Positions 55,701 through 64,000 of a DNA stretch of 64,000 bases are shown one piece after another. The position numbers were made by a program, and so were the translations under genes. Source of the stretch: Deltaproteobacteria bacterium. GTDB lineage: Bacteria > Myxococcota_A > JAADFL01. The notes below the pieces were generated by a model, which saw only the letters and a program-made list of their open reading frames with translations, was not told the origin of the DNA and did not search any database. Each line of letters opens with the position of its first letter. Position 1 is the first letter of the stretch. The DNA is taken from contig JAADFL010000066.1 in the NCBI GenBank assembly GCA_013152945.1, positions 5,812-69,811 on the forward strand, given 5' to 3'.

Positions 55701-57192
55701 TTCAATATACAGAGATTTCCTGAAGGAGAGTCCCAACGATAACGAGGTATTGGACTCGCTGGCCAGGATTTATACAAAGACAGGTAAATGGGAAGATCTC
55801 CTGGAGGTTTTTGCGCGCAGGGCAGGCGCGACTCAAGATGCGAAGAAGAGAGCCGCCCTTTACAGGCAGATGGCTTCGATAGCGGATGAGGAATTCGGAG
55901 ATGCCGCCAGGGCTGCGCGGTACCTGAAGAGAGCATTGGAACTGGAGCCGGATGATCCTTCTTCGCTGGCCTCCCTTGAAGCTGCATTGAGAAGGGCTGA
56001 AGAATGGGACGAACTCGTCGAAGTGTTGAAGAAGCGAAGGGACATGGAAGACGATCCATCGACCGCGGCGGCCTTGTGCTTTGATAGAGGCGAGGCGCTC
56101 GAAAACAAGTTGTTTGAAATCGACGATGCTGCGGAATGCTACCGCGAGGCATTGGAATTGGATCCGGCATTCACTCCGGCTTCAGCCGCGCTGGCCGGGA
56201 TCTACCAGAGTATGAAAGACTGGCAGAGCTGCCTCGATGTATTGGAACTGCAGGTCGCTCAAATGGACGAAGGCAGGGAAGCGGCTGACTTGTTCCTGAG
56301 GATGGGGAAAATATGCCAGGAGCAGCTCGATGACTCGGCCAGGGCCAGGGAACACTATCAGAAGGCATTGGAACTGGATTCTTCGAATACTGATGCGGTA
56401 GTGGCGTTAAAGGGCCTTTCCATGTCTCTCAATGATTGGCCTGCATACCTGTCTTTGTTGTCCAGGGAGGCGGACCTGGCAGTGGAACCGGATAGAAAAG
56501 CGGCTTTGTACACGGAAATGGGAAACATTTGGTACAAGCAATTGAAAGACAGCAGCCAGGCGATTGGTTACTATGAAAGTGCATTAAACGCGGTTTCAGG
56601 CTTCCCTGAAGCTGCATTGCCCCTGGGCTCGATCATGTTCGACCAAGGCAGGTGGGATTATGCAGAGGAGTTGCTTTCGTCGGTGGTGGCCAGGAGTTAC
56701 CGGGGCGGAGAGGAGGCGGCTCCGAACGAATTGATATACAAATTGGGATTTGCCGCAGAGAAGCAGGGCAAGGAAAAGATAGCCTTTCAAAGGTACAAGG
56801 AAGCCTATGAGTTGGACGCGGTTCATTTGCCGACACTGGAGGGCTTGGCTAGGCTGGCCCAAAAGAGGAGGGAAGATGAACTTGCATTGAAGGCGCTCAA
56901 GACTATATTGTTCCACCACAGGAACCAGAAGGAACCGTCAGAGATCCTGGACATATACTGCAGGCTGGGAGAATTGCACATTGAAAGGGGTGAAGAGGAC
57001 CAGGCATCCAGGATGTTTGAAAAGGCGCTGGTAGTGGACGGTAATTGTATTATAGCCTTGAACAGGATGGCCGAAATCTTGGAAAATCGCGGCGACAAAG
57101 GAAGGTCACAGGCGTTCAGACTTAGACTCAAGGCTGCCAAGAGGAAAAAGGAAAGTCAGTCAGAGGGAGGTTCGAAGGGAGGTTCAAAATGA
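49753..57192 (+). CDS. Giant tetratricopeptide-repeat protein (2479 aa, essentially all TPR)
   Basis: About 60 consecutive 34-residue repeats with the A..Y...LE.DP.N..AL..L consensus. Highly acidic. Lys-rich C-terminal tail. GTG start. The stop overlaps the PP2C start. Confidence 0.8.
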   Translation: MKPVELERMLRETGRWPELAELYEKMSSRAPDPARGGQLLEQAARLFEQKVGDPAKAENCRVRALKLDPTNRDAFRALAARYEQREEFRKLADLFSLQAAVSTEPITRSEYFFNLAKIEEEKLVRSLRALIEYRRAWNAYPGNSEALNAAKSLAARLGLNSLLVDLLYEQLKLDIQRKDAAGELLELATDLEESDPLAGELADRCRELALEADPDSEQARQAMEDQHKRKLKAGKGWKKVFKKELSEARRSPPQKARRAAYAALRMAVANGDEGRNEALEAAKEILRRSPGDEVALETARRMLSREDYVVLLWDQLGATKRRSRKLELCYELLPLVRAGDQDTKRYEALLERGLEIDRSALPCRILLKEFFEEKGDFASITRLLEEELSEIEDPSKKVHALMELAGLQEEKVLDIPAAAAYWEKVLDIDPANREAGDSLVRLMREQDDRQGLAKALDIVAGQVETPKEKLAALKEAASIKEELQEPELAFAAWCRAFREDPSDIECIQGMERSAEAARAFEELAAVYQEELNKVAVARSTAFALRAAELWMEKIQDKASAIACYQHVLLADPAKFAGARLKACDALEILHEEDGDYRSALEVLEKALEIPVQEKGLSLSDKRRLLVKVGRAKRRLGDLAGSDAALRSALDIDGQDKDALRELALTLEEAGDLPGLSGILDKLVSMSDGDDKTIALCMSARVKVNKTGDLFGGFDDIAEAMNISPGHPCIIESLKKFREKGGEAGGRAFELMAKIYEETKEWRKLADLLEEELGSADGVDKRLPLLSRIGDLQEKWLDQPEMAFITWCRALREAPQSESTYNALFRLAETVDQGFNEIVALCEEIADTEKDSSSAGLAALKAAEVYEKQLEKPEEAKGLYKKAFKLTGGMDDDLAEAALDSLERLASKAGDDRELARALAFRIQFNVGVADDLERALLLKRLGFLRAEKLADPEGAIGPLEESLLLNPEDVETSRFLTKVFEETGSFEKLAGLLEQSLEKTEEFESRKSLALKLFDVLSNRLDRNSEAAEVLARLLVEQPGDGDLVEALEQIQGDVESRLTAGKALAPHYRETGQWNKLAEALEAILDSDQGDRGEVFAELADIYQENLSRPDLAFLTACRWHADVPGDEQAKKRLEGLAAVTGSWEEAVRALEEEIEKAVDPVNAARTRLRVAGLHLERLERPDRAIDHLKAVLDDPNPDVVPIKVRAADMLADLYRSQSAWADLADILENRLGWLERRSDKAEALRELAEVYKDKLDDPERAFSAACRSVRQDPGSRATLAVAEELADSRGYLDEMAALYEDLAEEAEIPTLSASYYFRLGELLENKLKKKEKARAAYRNALEIRPDDLDALKNLEALAERAGDFEEAVDLLKRQAAILEEEAGIKVRLKLAKMLEQELGEVEGAYEQYKHVVRADPKCLEALEALESILEKKGAKPSARLGVMQLMLRALHESEHAPILKRMARIAMKDLDRPRDALKYLKRAKELSPDDGEIQDLFIETYEAMGDTKALVKLYGSQAMASVGEERVQWLRKAAALLEKGEGLDRDSAKRAWQAVLSAEPEDPTALQAMLNYHKEDEKWDLVVDVLKKLIPLQHDPNMARGLFLDLASVLAEKLGNLGDAVEAATKAMELVPLELDDLEKAEKVLVHCSAWPEYAELLANRAELVPTPEEAAEVHKTRGRLILNRLHNPAGAADAFRRALELVPGDEEARSAVQELYETTGEWESLADMVQAELLARPPRRRRNELLRELSDIYENRMDAREQALRVYFRAFREDPSDEEVQQELERIARDAGKLDAMVQIYKDTAEALGDRGLAAKMFVKMATILEKELDRADEAADSYRMVLALEPARTEAREALIRLLSRQGRFDELAGALRAQAEAEPDPNQRVQLLRQAAAVYEEKLSDSKEASSCLALAADADPRNKDVIEDLVRVLGDQERWDQAVSVLEKTAAAQVNQREAKALKLRIADLLDKKMGDFEGAISIYRDFLKESPNDNEVLDSLARIYTKTGKWEDLLEVFARRAGATQDAKKRAALYRQMASIADEEFGDAARAARYLKRALELEPDDPSSLASLEAALRRAEEWDELVEVLKKRRDMEDDPSTAAALCFDRGEALENKLFEIDDAAECYREALELDPAFTPASAALAGIYQSMKDWQSCLDVLELQVAQMDEGREAADLFLRMGKICQEQLDDSARAREHYQKALELDSSNTDAVVALKGLSMSLNDWPAYLSLLSREADLAVEPDRKAALYTEMGNIWYKQLKDSSQAIGYYESALNAVSGFPEAALPLGSIMFDQGRWDYAEELLSSVVARSYRGGEEAAPNELIYKLGFAAEKQGKEKIAFQRYKEAYELDAVHLPTLEGLARLAQKRREDELALKALKTILFHHRNQKEPSEILDIYCRLGELHIERGEEDQASRMFEKALVVDGNCIIALNRMAEILENRGDKGRSQAFRLRLKAAKRKKESQSEGGSKGGSK

Positions 57193-58436
57193 ATGCGATT
57201 CGTTCCTGGGGACTTACAGATGTAGGTAAACGCAGGGATCACAATGAGGACAGTTTTTTCGTAGACGAAGATTTGAAACTCTATGTGGTTGCGGATGGTA
57301 TGGGCGGACATGCAGCCGGTGAGGTTGCGAGCCGGATGGCTCAGGAGCATATTCACAAAAAAGTGAAAGAGGGGAAGGAAGCAATTGACAGGCTGGCACA
57401 GGAGGACTCTCCCATCAACAGGGAAGCCGTTTTAAAGTTACTCGAGGCCGGAGTGCAGGACGGGTGCAAGGCGATTCATGACCTGTCTGAAAAGGAGCCA
57501 GAGAGAAAGGGTATGGGCACTACCACGGTATGCTTATTGCTGGTAGGCGAGCATGGCTTTTTTGCACATGTCGGTGATTCGAGGCTCTACCTCATTAGGG
57601 GTGGGAACGAGTACCAGTTGACCACGGATCATTCTCTTGTAAACGAGCAGATCAGGCAGGGTAAGCTGGATCCGGCCAAGGCCGACAAGGTTCCCTATGC
57701 GAATGTAATTACCAGGGCCGTTGGCGTGTACGAGTCCGTGGAAGTTGATACCCAACGATTTGAAGTCGCACCTGGTGACCGGTTCCTGTTATGCAGTGAC
57801 GGCTTGCATGGTTACTTGAGACCGGGCGAGGCGGCCAAGATTGTGCTCGAGAAGGGCGCGGAGGCAAGTAAGACTTTTATCGACATGGCGAATGACAGGG
57901 GAGGCAAGGACAATATTACGGCCATAGTCGTCGAGGTCGGCGAAAAGCCGCCCGAGATGCCTACAGAGACTACTCTGAAGATAGAGGTATTGAGGCATGC
58001 CCCACTGTTCAAGCACCTGGATTACCAGGAATTGGTCAAGGTCTTGAACATTACCATACTCGATACCTACAAGGAGGACGAGGTCCTGATAGAGGAGGGC
58101 CAGAGCGGCGACGAGTTCTACGTGATATTGAACGGGCAGGTCGAGGTGAGCAAGGAGGGAGTGACATTAACACATCTGTCCGATGGCGACCATGTCGGTG
58201 AATTGGCCTTGATAGAAAGGGTCCCGAGGACAGCGACGGTCAAGGCTGTCATGGACACCAAGGTGCTGGCCATACACAGGGCGGATTTCTATGACTTAAT
58301 TCGCAAAGAACCTATATTGGCCGTAAAGCTGCTTTGGATTTTCCTGAAGGAATTATCATCGAGGTTGAGGCAAACCAATGAAGAGTTGACCATTCTTCTG
58401 ACCGGTGATCTCGATGAGGGCAAGCCAAAAGAATAG
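57189..58436 (+). CDS. PP2C-family Ser/Thr phosphatase fused to a C-terminal cyclic-nucleotide-binding domain
   Basis: WGLTDVGKRRDHNEDSF...VADGMGGHAAGEVAS...GTTTV...DGLHG...GGKDNITAIVV are the PP2C motifs. The C-terminal EFYVILNGQVEVS...GDHVGELALIE...RTATVKA is a cNMP domain. ATGA overlap with the TPR gene. Confidence 0.85.
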   Translation: MNAIRSWGLTDVGKRRDHNEDSFFVDEDLKLYVVADGMGGHAAGEVASRMAQEHIHKKVKEGKEAIDRLAQEDSPINREAVLKLLEAGVQDGCKAIHDLSEKEPERKGMGTTTVCLLLVGEHGFFAHVGDSRLYLIRGGNEYQLTTDHSLVNEQIRQGKLDPAKADKVPYANVITRAVGVYESVEVDTQRFEVAPGDRFLLCSDGLHGYLRPGEAAKIVLEKGAEASKTFIDMANDRGGKDNITAIVVEVGEKPPEMPTETTLKIEVLRHAPLFKHLDYQELVKVLNITILDTYKEDEVLIEEGQSGDEFYVILNGQVEVSKEGVTLTHLSDGDHVGELALIERVPRTATVKAVMDTKVLAIHRADFYDLIRKEPILAVKLLWIFLKELSSRLRQTNEELTILLTGDLDEGKPKE

Positions 58437-58712
58437 GGCGGCTCCAGCGCGGCTTTGCCGGCCGGGATCCGTAACTAACTGTTCGGGCGGGAGTTTTTTG
58501 CAATTACGCAGATAACCTGAATTGCAAGGTATATGGAGAGACCGGGCCCTTTGCGGGAAAAGTTGATTCTTGTCCCCGGACATGCTTTTGGAAAATCAAC
58601 CACGGAGGGGACGAATGAATGAATCCACGGGGGGGATTAATCCTACCAGGCACCTTCCTGCTGACATTTTGATTCGGCTGCCACACAGGAAACGAATCGC
58701 CTTGCCCCCAGG

Positions 58713-59801
58713 GTGGGAAGAGTGTACACGAATCAAAGAAGCGCAATGGATCTCCAGGAGGTTACAGCCGTGATACCAGACGGAAGGGGTCGTCTGCTTC
58801 GGTGTGGGATGAAGAGAGGACGATACCTTGCTCTGTTGAAGCCGTACCCTTTCGATCTACAAAAGCTGCTGTGTGGTAGTTCCAGGTGTGTTGGATACCC
58901 TGCCTTCCTGGCGTTCGTCCTGATGGTAGCTGGGTTCGCCGGATGTCTCGCGAAGCTGCGGCTTTCCTCCAGGGAGGATACTCCCATTGCGACAGCCGCT
59001 CACAGCTCTCGGATGAACTCCGGCAAGCCCGATCCCGGGCCACATCCCACAGTCCGCTTCGTGGTCGACCCAGGGTATGATGCATCCCGTATCTTCGGGC
59101 TGCTGTCCTCATGGGACCCGGCAGGGCTGGACTCCCGGGCGGCAGACATGGGAATCGATATTGAAACGGCCAAGAAGATTCGTGCCGCGCATTCCTTGGG
59201 TGATGCTCGATCTGTACTCGCTCCCATCGTGGACGAGCGATACCAGGTCCTGGGGGAGAGAATCAAGCGCTCGAAAGAGGAGCTGGAGACTGATTGGAGT
59301 AAGCTTGCACCCATTTTCTGGCCCTTGGTGTTCGGGTTAACCGAGCATAGGTGGCTGCATTCCGAGTACAACGTCGTGGTCTCGGCATTCCACCGCGGGC
59401 TGAGCGACTGGGAAGGAAGCCGGGTCGCCGTGGGTGCCACGCTCGATCGATGCTGGCGGCTGAGGATCGCTGCCCACGAAATCGTGCTTTCTCACGTCGT
59501 GCAGATCCTGCGGGCCCGCTACCCAAGAGACGTGGTGCCGGATACCATCGCCTGGGCTTTTGCGGAAAACACCACGGTGTTCATCCTGGACGATCCAAGG
59601 CTACGCGGCTTCTGGCCATCCGTGCCGCCTGCAGGCTCATACTTCAAGGAGTCGAACTACCCCCAGCTCGAGCCGCTCGAACCCGGGTTGCTCTCGTGCT
59701 GGACAAGACGCACCAGCTTCCAAGCCTACATGGACAAAGCGATCAAGATTCTCGAAAAAGGCCTGCGATCCAATCAGGCAAACCCGCGCGACAGCGACTA
59801 A
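58713..59801 (+). CDS. Hypothetical protein, possibly lipoprotein. Start uncertain.
   Basis: 362-aa ORF. Internal FLAFVLMVAGFAGC lipobox-like segment. No recognisable domain. Confidence 0.4.
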   Translation: MGRVYTNQRSAMDLQEVTAVIPDGRGRLLRCGMKRGRYLALLKPYPFDLQKLLCGSSRCVGYPAFLAFVLMVAGFAGCLAKLRLSSREDTPIATAAHSSRMNSGKPDPGPHPTVRFVVDPGYDASRIFGLLSSWDPAGLDSRAADMGIDIETAKKIRAAHSLGDARSVLAPIVDERYQVLGERIKRSKEELETDWSKLAPIFWPLVFGLTEHRWLHSEYNVVVSAFHRGLSDWEGSRVAVGATLDRCWRLRIAAHEIVLSHVVQILRARYPRDVVPDTIAWAFAENTTVFILDDPRLRGFWPSVPPAGSYFKESNYPQLEPLEPGLLSCWTRRTSFQAYMDKAIKILEKGLRSNQANPRDSD

Positions 59802-59812
59802 GTGGAGATCAA

Positions 59813-59882
59813 GAGCTGGGGTCGCCAAGTGCGGACGGCCCCAAGTGGGGCCCCAAGTGGGGACGGCCCCAAGTGGGGACGG
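59813..59882 (+). repeat. 16-bp GC-rich tandem repeat, about 3.5 copies, each a small hairpin
   Basis: (GGCCCCAAGTGGGGAC)n immediately after the stop of the previous gene. Confidence 0.5.
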
Positions 59883-60035
59883 AGGCTTGATTCCGCTGCA
59901 ATAATATGCACTTGACATGAAGTGATTACTTGTGCCACCCGTAACCGCCGATTCAATGCCAACCTGAAAAAATCCTTCACCCTGTCAAATACCGGGAGAG
60001 AAGATTCGTTTAACAGCCTTGCGAACCGCTTTATC

Positions 60036-61316
60036 TTACCGCTTGGAGATTTTATTGATCGCTGTTGTGGCCTGAACCCCGATGGTGGTTCCGGGAAATC
60101 CGAATTGATCGAGCGGTATATCGTCTTCAATGTGGGCTTGTAATTTAGGGATGGAATCCCTTGAGCCGAATTCGCCCAGGGCCCTGACTGAAATAATGCA
60201 TGCGGGAACATTCTTTTTGCACTTCTTCAAGGAAGAAAGCAGGGCGGGCTGCGAGGATTTGCCAAGTTTCGCTATGGATGACACGAGGTCGTTTATTTCA
60301 TTCTTGTCAAGCTTCCAATCAGGTTTTACGTATTTGGAAAGCATCTGGTCCAAGGCCTGGGTTCCTCCGAATCGTAATGCCAGGTCCCATGCCTTGTCTC
60401 TTAAGTCCGGATCTGAAAGTGCCTTGAGTACGGCTGACAGGGCTTCGGGCCCGCCAACCTTCCCCAGGAGTTCCAATGCCTTTCTTCGCAGGTCGAATTG
60501 TGCCGAGCTGTCTGAAACAATGGAGCGCGCCGTCTCCAGGGAGCTTTTGTCCGCCAGTTTCAGCAGTTCGTCCATTGCCTTGAGCCTGTCCCATGCACCG
60601 GCGGTTTTATTGTTTGCTGCAAGCTTGTTGAGGTAGTCCAATGCCTTGGGACCGCCCAGGGTTCCAAGTGCGAGGATCTTTGGTTCGGAGTTCTCCATGA
60701 TGTTTTTTTCCAGGCTGTCAATGACCATCTGCGTGGCCTGTTCCACGGCTTGAGGGGCTTCAAGGGCCTTTAGTATCCTGGATGCACGCACGGTATCTTT
60801 TCCGCTGCGGATCAAGGCAAGCATGTGAGGAACCGCCCTGGCGCCTATCTTTGTCAGTATTTTTCCCGTATCAAACCTGCCGAATTTGAAGCGCAAAGTG
60901 AACTTTTCGGTCGTCCATCGGATCAGCAGGTCCTCCACCTCTGTTTTCTTGTCTCCTGACAGGTACGGAAGCGTCAAGTATAGTGCGTCTTTGGCGGTTA
61001 TCTGTTTCTGCTGGTTCGCACTCTGTAATGCCTTCTCAGCGGTTTCCACGATAGCCGAAACCACTTCGGGCTTGCCTTGTTGGGGCATGGACTTCAATCC
61101 TTCTTCGAGTTCAGCCAAGGCACGCATACCAAAGAGTTCGAGAGCGGCTACCCGTTTGAGTTTCGTCGAGTACTCGGGTTCGGTCATGACAACGAAAAGC
61201 TTGGACTTCCCATTGGAGTAACGTGAGTATGAACGGACTTCGTCTTCAGTTACGTTGCATGACGATAATACCGCCGCAGCCAGGAGCCACGAAAGAACGA
61301 CAGAACTTGTTCTCAT
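60036..61316 (-). CDS. HEAT/PBS-lyase-repeat lipoprotein
   Basis: Lipobox LLAAAVLSSC. Repeated LGxxGGPxALxxLxxxLxDPD units (LGTLGGPKALDYL, LGKVGGPEALSAVLKALSDPD, LGEFGSRDSIPKL). Confidence 0.6.
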   Translation of the reverse strand: MRTSSVVLSWLLAAAVLSSCNVTEDEVRSYSRYSNGKSKLFVVMTEPEYSTKLKRVAALELFGMRALAELEEGLKSMPQQGKPEVVSAIVETAEKALQSANQQKQITAKDALYLTLPYLSGDKKTEVEDLLIRWTTEKFTLRFKFGRFDTGKILTKIGARAVPHMLALIRSGKDTVRASRILKALEAPQAVEQATQMVIDSLEKNIMENSEPKILALGTLGGPKALDYLNKLAANNKTAGAWDRLKAMDELLKLADKSSLETARSIVSDSSAQFDLRRKALELLGKVGGPEALSAVLKALSDPDLRDKAWDLALRFGGTQALDQMLSKYVKPDWKLDKNEINDLVSSIAKLGKSSQPALLSSLKKCKKNVPACIISVRALGEFGSRDSIPKLQAHIEDDIPLDQFGFPGTTIGVQATTAINKISKR

Positions 61317-61534
61317 GGTCTATCCTCCCGCTTCCACTTGGGATATATTATAGACAAACTAGACTCGTGAGGGGAACAAGTCAAGAACCCATATTCTCCG
61401 CCTATTGCATTCTTTGTAAAAATACACTTTTGATACTTGACTTACACCATATCACTGTTCTAGCATCCACCGAACATGATGATCCTGTGCTGAAGGAGTT
61501 GTAATATTTAGTTAAAGGAAGTCGAGGGTAAAAG

Positions 61535-62497
61535 ATGGCTAGATCCTCCGCATTGATAGTTTTTTTGGTGACTTTGCTCCCTGCCGGTTTGCAGGCCAAG
61601 GTGCCGGATTTCAATCCGAACAATTTCAGTCTCCATGGCGCCGAGACACTTGGCATGGGAGGTTTCGGTTTTGAATTCGGTTATGGCGTGCCCAATCTGG
61701 ACTTTACGGCCGGTGTGGGAATATTCGATGTCGAGGGAATCGGAGGTTTTTTTGCTCCTGCTCTCGATGTTACCGCGCAGATCCGCTCCACCTATTTCCT
61801 TTCAACCGAGGTGGGTGGAAGGTTGCGTTTCCGCTTGCTCAAGGTCAACAACGAGGGGGCCAGGCATGCCCTGGCAATTACTGTCGGAGGCGGTTACGTC
61901 TTGAAACAAAGCGTATCTCCCACTGATGACCAGACTTCGAAGTACCAGGAGTTCGATAACAATACATTGGTTAGCAAGACGGTTGCCTTCAGGGCCAAGA
62001 AGCCTTTTTCGTGGCCTTACGATTACAGGGATACAGGCAGGATGAGTGTGGGTCTTCTTTATAGTGTAAGGGGTGGTGGAAGCACGGGTTTCTTCGAGGC
62101 TGCCGCCGACTATTGGATGCCGCCCGACCTGAAAGTATTCGGCAAGCTGGTTGCCCCTGAAACAAATTCCGATAAGCCTTACTTGCCCGGTTATGTACTG
62201 GAGCGCGATCCCTTCTGGAGCGGTAGATTTACAGCAGGGCTCGAATTCAATCTTTCGATCAACCTGAATTTCTATCTTGCAGCAACATTTATATACGGCA
62301 GGGATCCGAACAGCGGCAAAGGCACGCTTAGGCAGAAAATGAACGGGAATACTCCAAAAACCCGCACAGCTATGCAATATTACAACCCGTTCACCGGGCA
62401 AAACGAACCTTTGTCTGTACCGGTCGTAGAGTACCCTGAATCAGCCAATAAAGTCACGGGCCAGGTCATGGCCGGTTTGTTGCTTTTCTTCAACTAG
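61535..62497 (+). CDS. Hypothetical secreted protein, probable outer-membrane beta-barrel
   Basis: Signal peptide MARSSALIVFLVTLLPAGLQA. Alternating hydrophobic beta-strand pattern. C-terminal aromatic residue (…LLLFFN). Confidence 0.55.
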   Translation: MARSSALIVFLVTLLPAGLQAKVPDFNPNNFSLHGAETLGMGGFGFEFGYGVPNLDFTAGVGIFDVEGIGGFFAPALDVTAQIRSTYFLSTEVGGRLRFRLLKVNNEGARHALAITVGGGYVLKQSVSPTDDQTSKYQEFDNNTLVSKTVAFRAKKPFSWPYDYRDTGRMSVGLLYSVRGGGSTGFFEAAADYWMPPDLKVFGKLVAPETNSDKPYLPGYVLERDPFWSGRFTAGLEFNLSINLNFYLAATFIYGRDPNSGKGTLRQKMNGNTPKTRTAMQYYNPFTGQNEPLSVPVVEYPESANKVTGQVMAGLLLFFN

Positions 62498-62730
62498 GAT
62501 AATATTTATATTATTACAGGCTATTAAAGCTCCAGCGTTTTGGTGTCGGCCCGGGTGGTGGCGCGTGTCTTGCCTGTAGGTTCCTTGTTACCTTGTCAAG
62601 CTTTGCTTGCGGATCAAAGTAATCAACCCGGCTTGTCACTTTGAATATACAGTAGTAATCTTTTTTCAATATTGGAAGCAATTTGGTTTTCCAATCGTGT
62701 ATTTGGCATGGGAAGCCTGGAGGTTGAAAC

Positions 62731-64000
62731 ATGAATTATTTACTGTCAAGACGCAATCAAGCTTTAGGTGAAGCAATCACCTATGACACATTAATTGTTG
62801 TTTTATATTTTCTGGCGCTGTTGCCTGGCTGCAAGGGAAACAGCAAAGATAATGCCTGTAAATTAGACTCAGATTGTCCGAACGAAAAGATATGTGCACA
62901 AAAAGGTCCAGTAGCCGGAACTTGTGTTGGGTGTGAGAAGACTTCGCAGTGTCCTGATGGGTATGTTTGTAATTATGAATTCAGGTGCGTGAATAGTGGA
63001 GATACGGATACTGACACGGACACGGATACTGACACGGACACGGATACTGACACGGACACGGATACTGACACGGACACGGATACTGACAACTGACACGGAC
63101 ACGGATACTGACACGGACACGGATACTGACACGGATATGGATACTGACACGGATATGGATACTGACACGGATATGGATACTGACACGGATATGGATACTG
63201 ACACGGATGTGGATACTGACACGGACACGGATACTGACACGGACACAGCCATGTGCGGCAGTGATTACAGGTACCAGTTACCACCAATCATCAACAATAT
63301 CGGCAGAGATCCCGGTTACTCCATCTTTGACCGGCCTCGGCGGCTTCAGCAGTTTACATGGGGCGGCAAGCCGTACCTTATGATCGACGCAGGCGTTGAT
63401 GTCTTGATTTACGATCCGGTGACAGCCACCCTGGTCACGAAGGGAAACTACAAATTTGGAAACCCGCCCGGCCAGCATGGCGAAGCTGACCAGGTTGTTG
63501 GGATCACAGTGTGCGATGAGTGCCGGTACGGGGTTTTGAGCACGGTCCTGAACGGGGTGCGTATTTTCGATCTCGGACAGGGAACGGCCCCGCAGATCAA
63601 CCAGGACTGGAGCTATGCGGGCACCACGGACACGGGAGGTGCATACACGGTCAACGGCCAGCAGTACGTGCTTCTCAAGGGCGGTTACGGTTCGCGGTTT
63701 AACGGGAAATGCAGAGGTCGGGCATTCGGGGTCTATACCATCCAGGAAGCCCTGAAACAGGATCCCACGCCGGTGGCGTGCCTTGCTTCCTCCTTCCAGC
63801 CGGATTTTGGAGTTGAGTTCTACACGACGGATACATCGGGTGCGCAACTGCCTTTCTATATCTATCACGATGTGGTAGCCAATGCGACAAACATCGTGGC
63901 GCTGGCGCCCCAGAAAGGCCATGTACCCGGGATACCGGTGCTGCCGCCGCTCGCCAACTGGCAGGTCAGCTCCAAAGGCCCGAATGGTCGCATCAACCTG
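62731..64000 (+). pseudogene. Lipoprotein with Myxococcus-type Cys-rich repeat, (Asp-Thr)n linker and a C-terminal domain that runs off the window. Reading frame broken inside the repeat.
   Basis: Frame 1 (62731-63093): MNYLL...LLPGCKG, then CKLDSDCPNEKICAQKGPVAGTCVGCEKTSQCPDGYVCNYEFRC, then (DT)n, stopping at TGA 63091-63093. A 7-bp insert (aactgac) in the 18-bp repeat array shifts to frame 2. Frame 2 continues TDTDTDMD... then AMCGSDYRYQLPPIINNIGRDPGYSIF... and stays open to 64000. Confidence 0.55.
63001..63246 (+). repeat. 18-bp tandem repeat array (gatactgacacggacacg, about 14 copies) encoding (DT)n
   Basis: Seen directly. Later units carry acg-to-atg and gtg variants. One 7-bp partial-unit insertion at about 63088. 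Confidence 0.8.

Noticed and set aside
63001-63246. CRISPR array
   Set aside because: These are regular short repeats without unique spacers. They are in-frame 18-bp coding repeats for a dipeptide linker. No cas genes are present.
62869-63287. Minus-strand ORFs encoding SVSVSV... and PCQYPYPCQYPY...
   Set aside because: They are antisense or other-frame readings of the 18-bp (DT)n tandem repeat, not independent genes.
1-64000. tRNA, rRNA, transposase and integrase genes
   Set aside because: I scanned the intergenic regions (2417-2516, 7457-7571, 12000-12279, 14170-14733, 20705-20899, 30454-30762, 34771-35052, 41950-42440, 48873-49107, 58437-58712, 62498-62730). I found no cloverleaf-compatible sequences and no rRNA-like or transposase-like ORFs.

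Overview
The window is high-GC bacterial chromosome, densely coding on both strands. It looks myxobacterial (Myxococcota-like): a secreted protein carries a MYXO-CTERM-like sorting tail, another has a Myxococcus-type Cys-rich repeat, and there is a giant all-TPR protein. An AT-rich islet of about 1.7 kb (roughly 40750-42440) interrupts the high-GC sequence. Housekeeping genes include asnS, holC, a leuB-leuC-leuD-leuA-like operon preceded by a 39-codon Leu-rich leader ORF, a long acyl-CoA dehydrogenase, prolyl oligopeptidase, a GalT-like HIT transferase, and a partial spermidine-synthase/membrane fusion at the left edge. Signalling genes include two PAS hybrid histidine kinases, an HDOD protein, and a small cNMP-binding protein followed by a 2479-aa TPR protein translationally coupled to a PP2C phosphatase fused to a cNMP domain. 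Accessory and conflict-type content includes a RES-Xre toxin-antitoxin pair with a palindromic operator. A five-gene translationally coupled operon comprises a DUF4175-like membrane protein, a TPR protein with an HExxH motif, a MoxR ATPase, a DUF58 protein and a BatA-like vWA protein. A three-gene plus-strand cluster comprises two membrane proteins and a HIRAN-domain protein with a large uncharacterized C-terminal domain. That cluster lies inside a roughly 10-kb segment bracketed by two copies of a conserved ~100-nt non-coding element. There is also a lipoprotein alpha-2-macroglobulin of about 2070 aa with an intact CxEQ thioester motif. Two secreted proteins carry Asp-Thr dipeptide repeat linkers encoded by 18-bp tandem DNA repeats; in one, a 7-bp insertion breaks the reading frame. 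I saw no rRNA, tRNA, CRISPR array, transposase or integrase. All calls rest on reading the translations and the DNA by eye; nothing was searched against databases.
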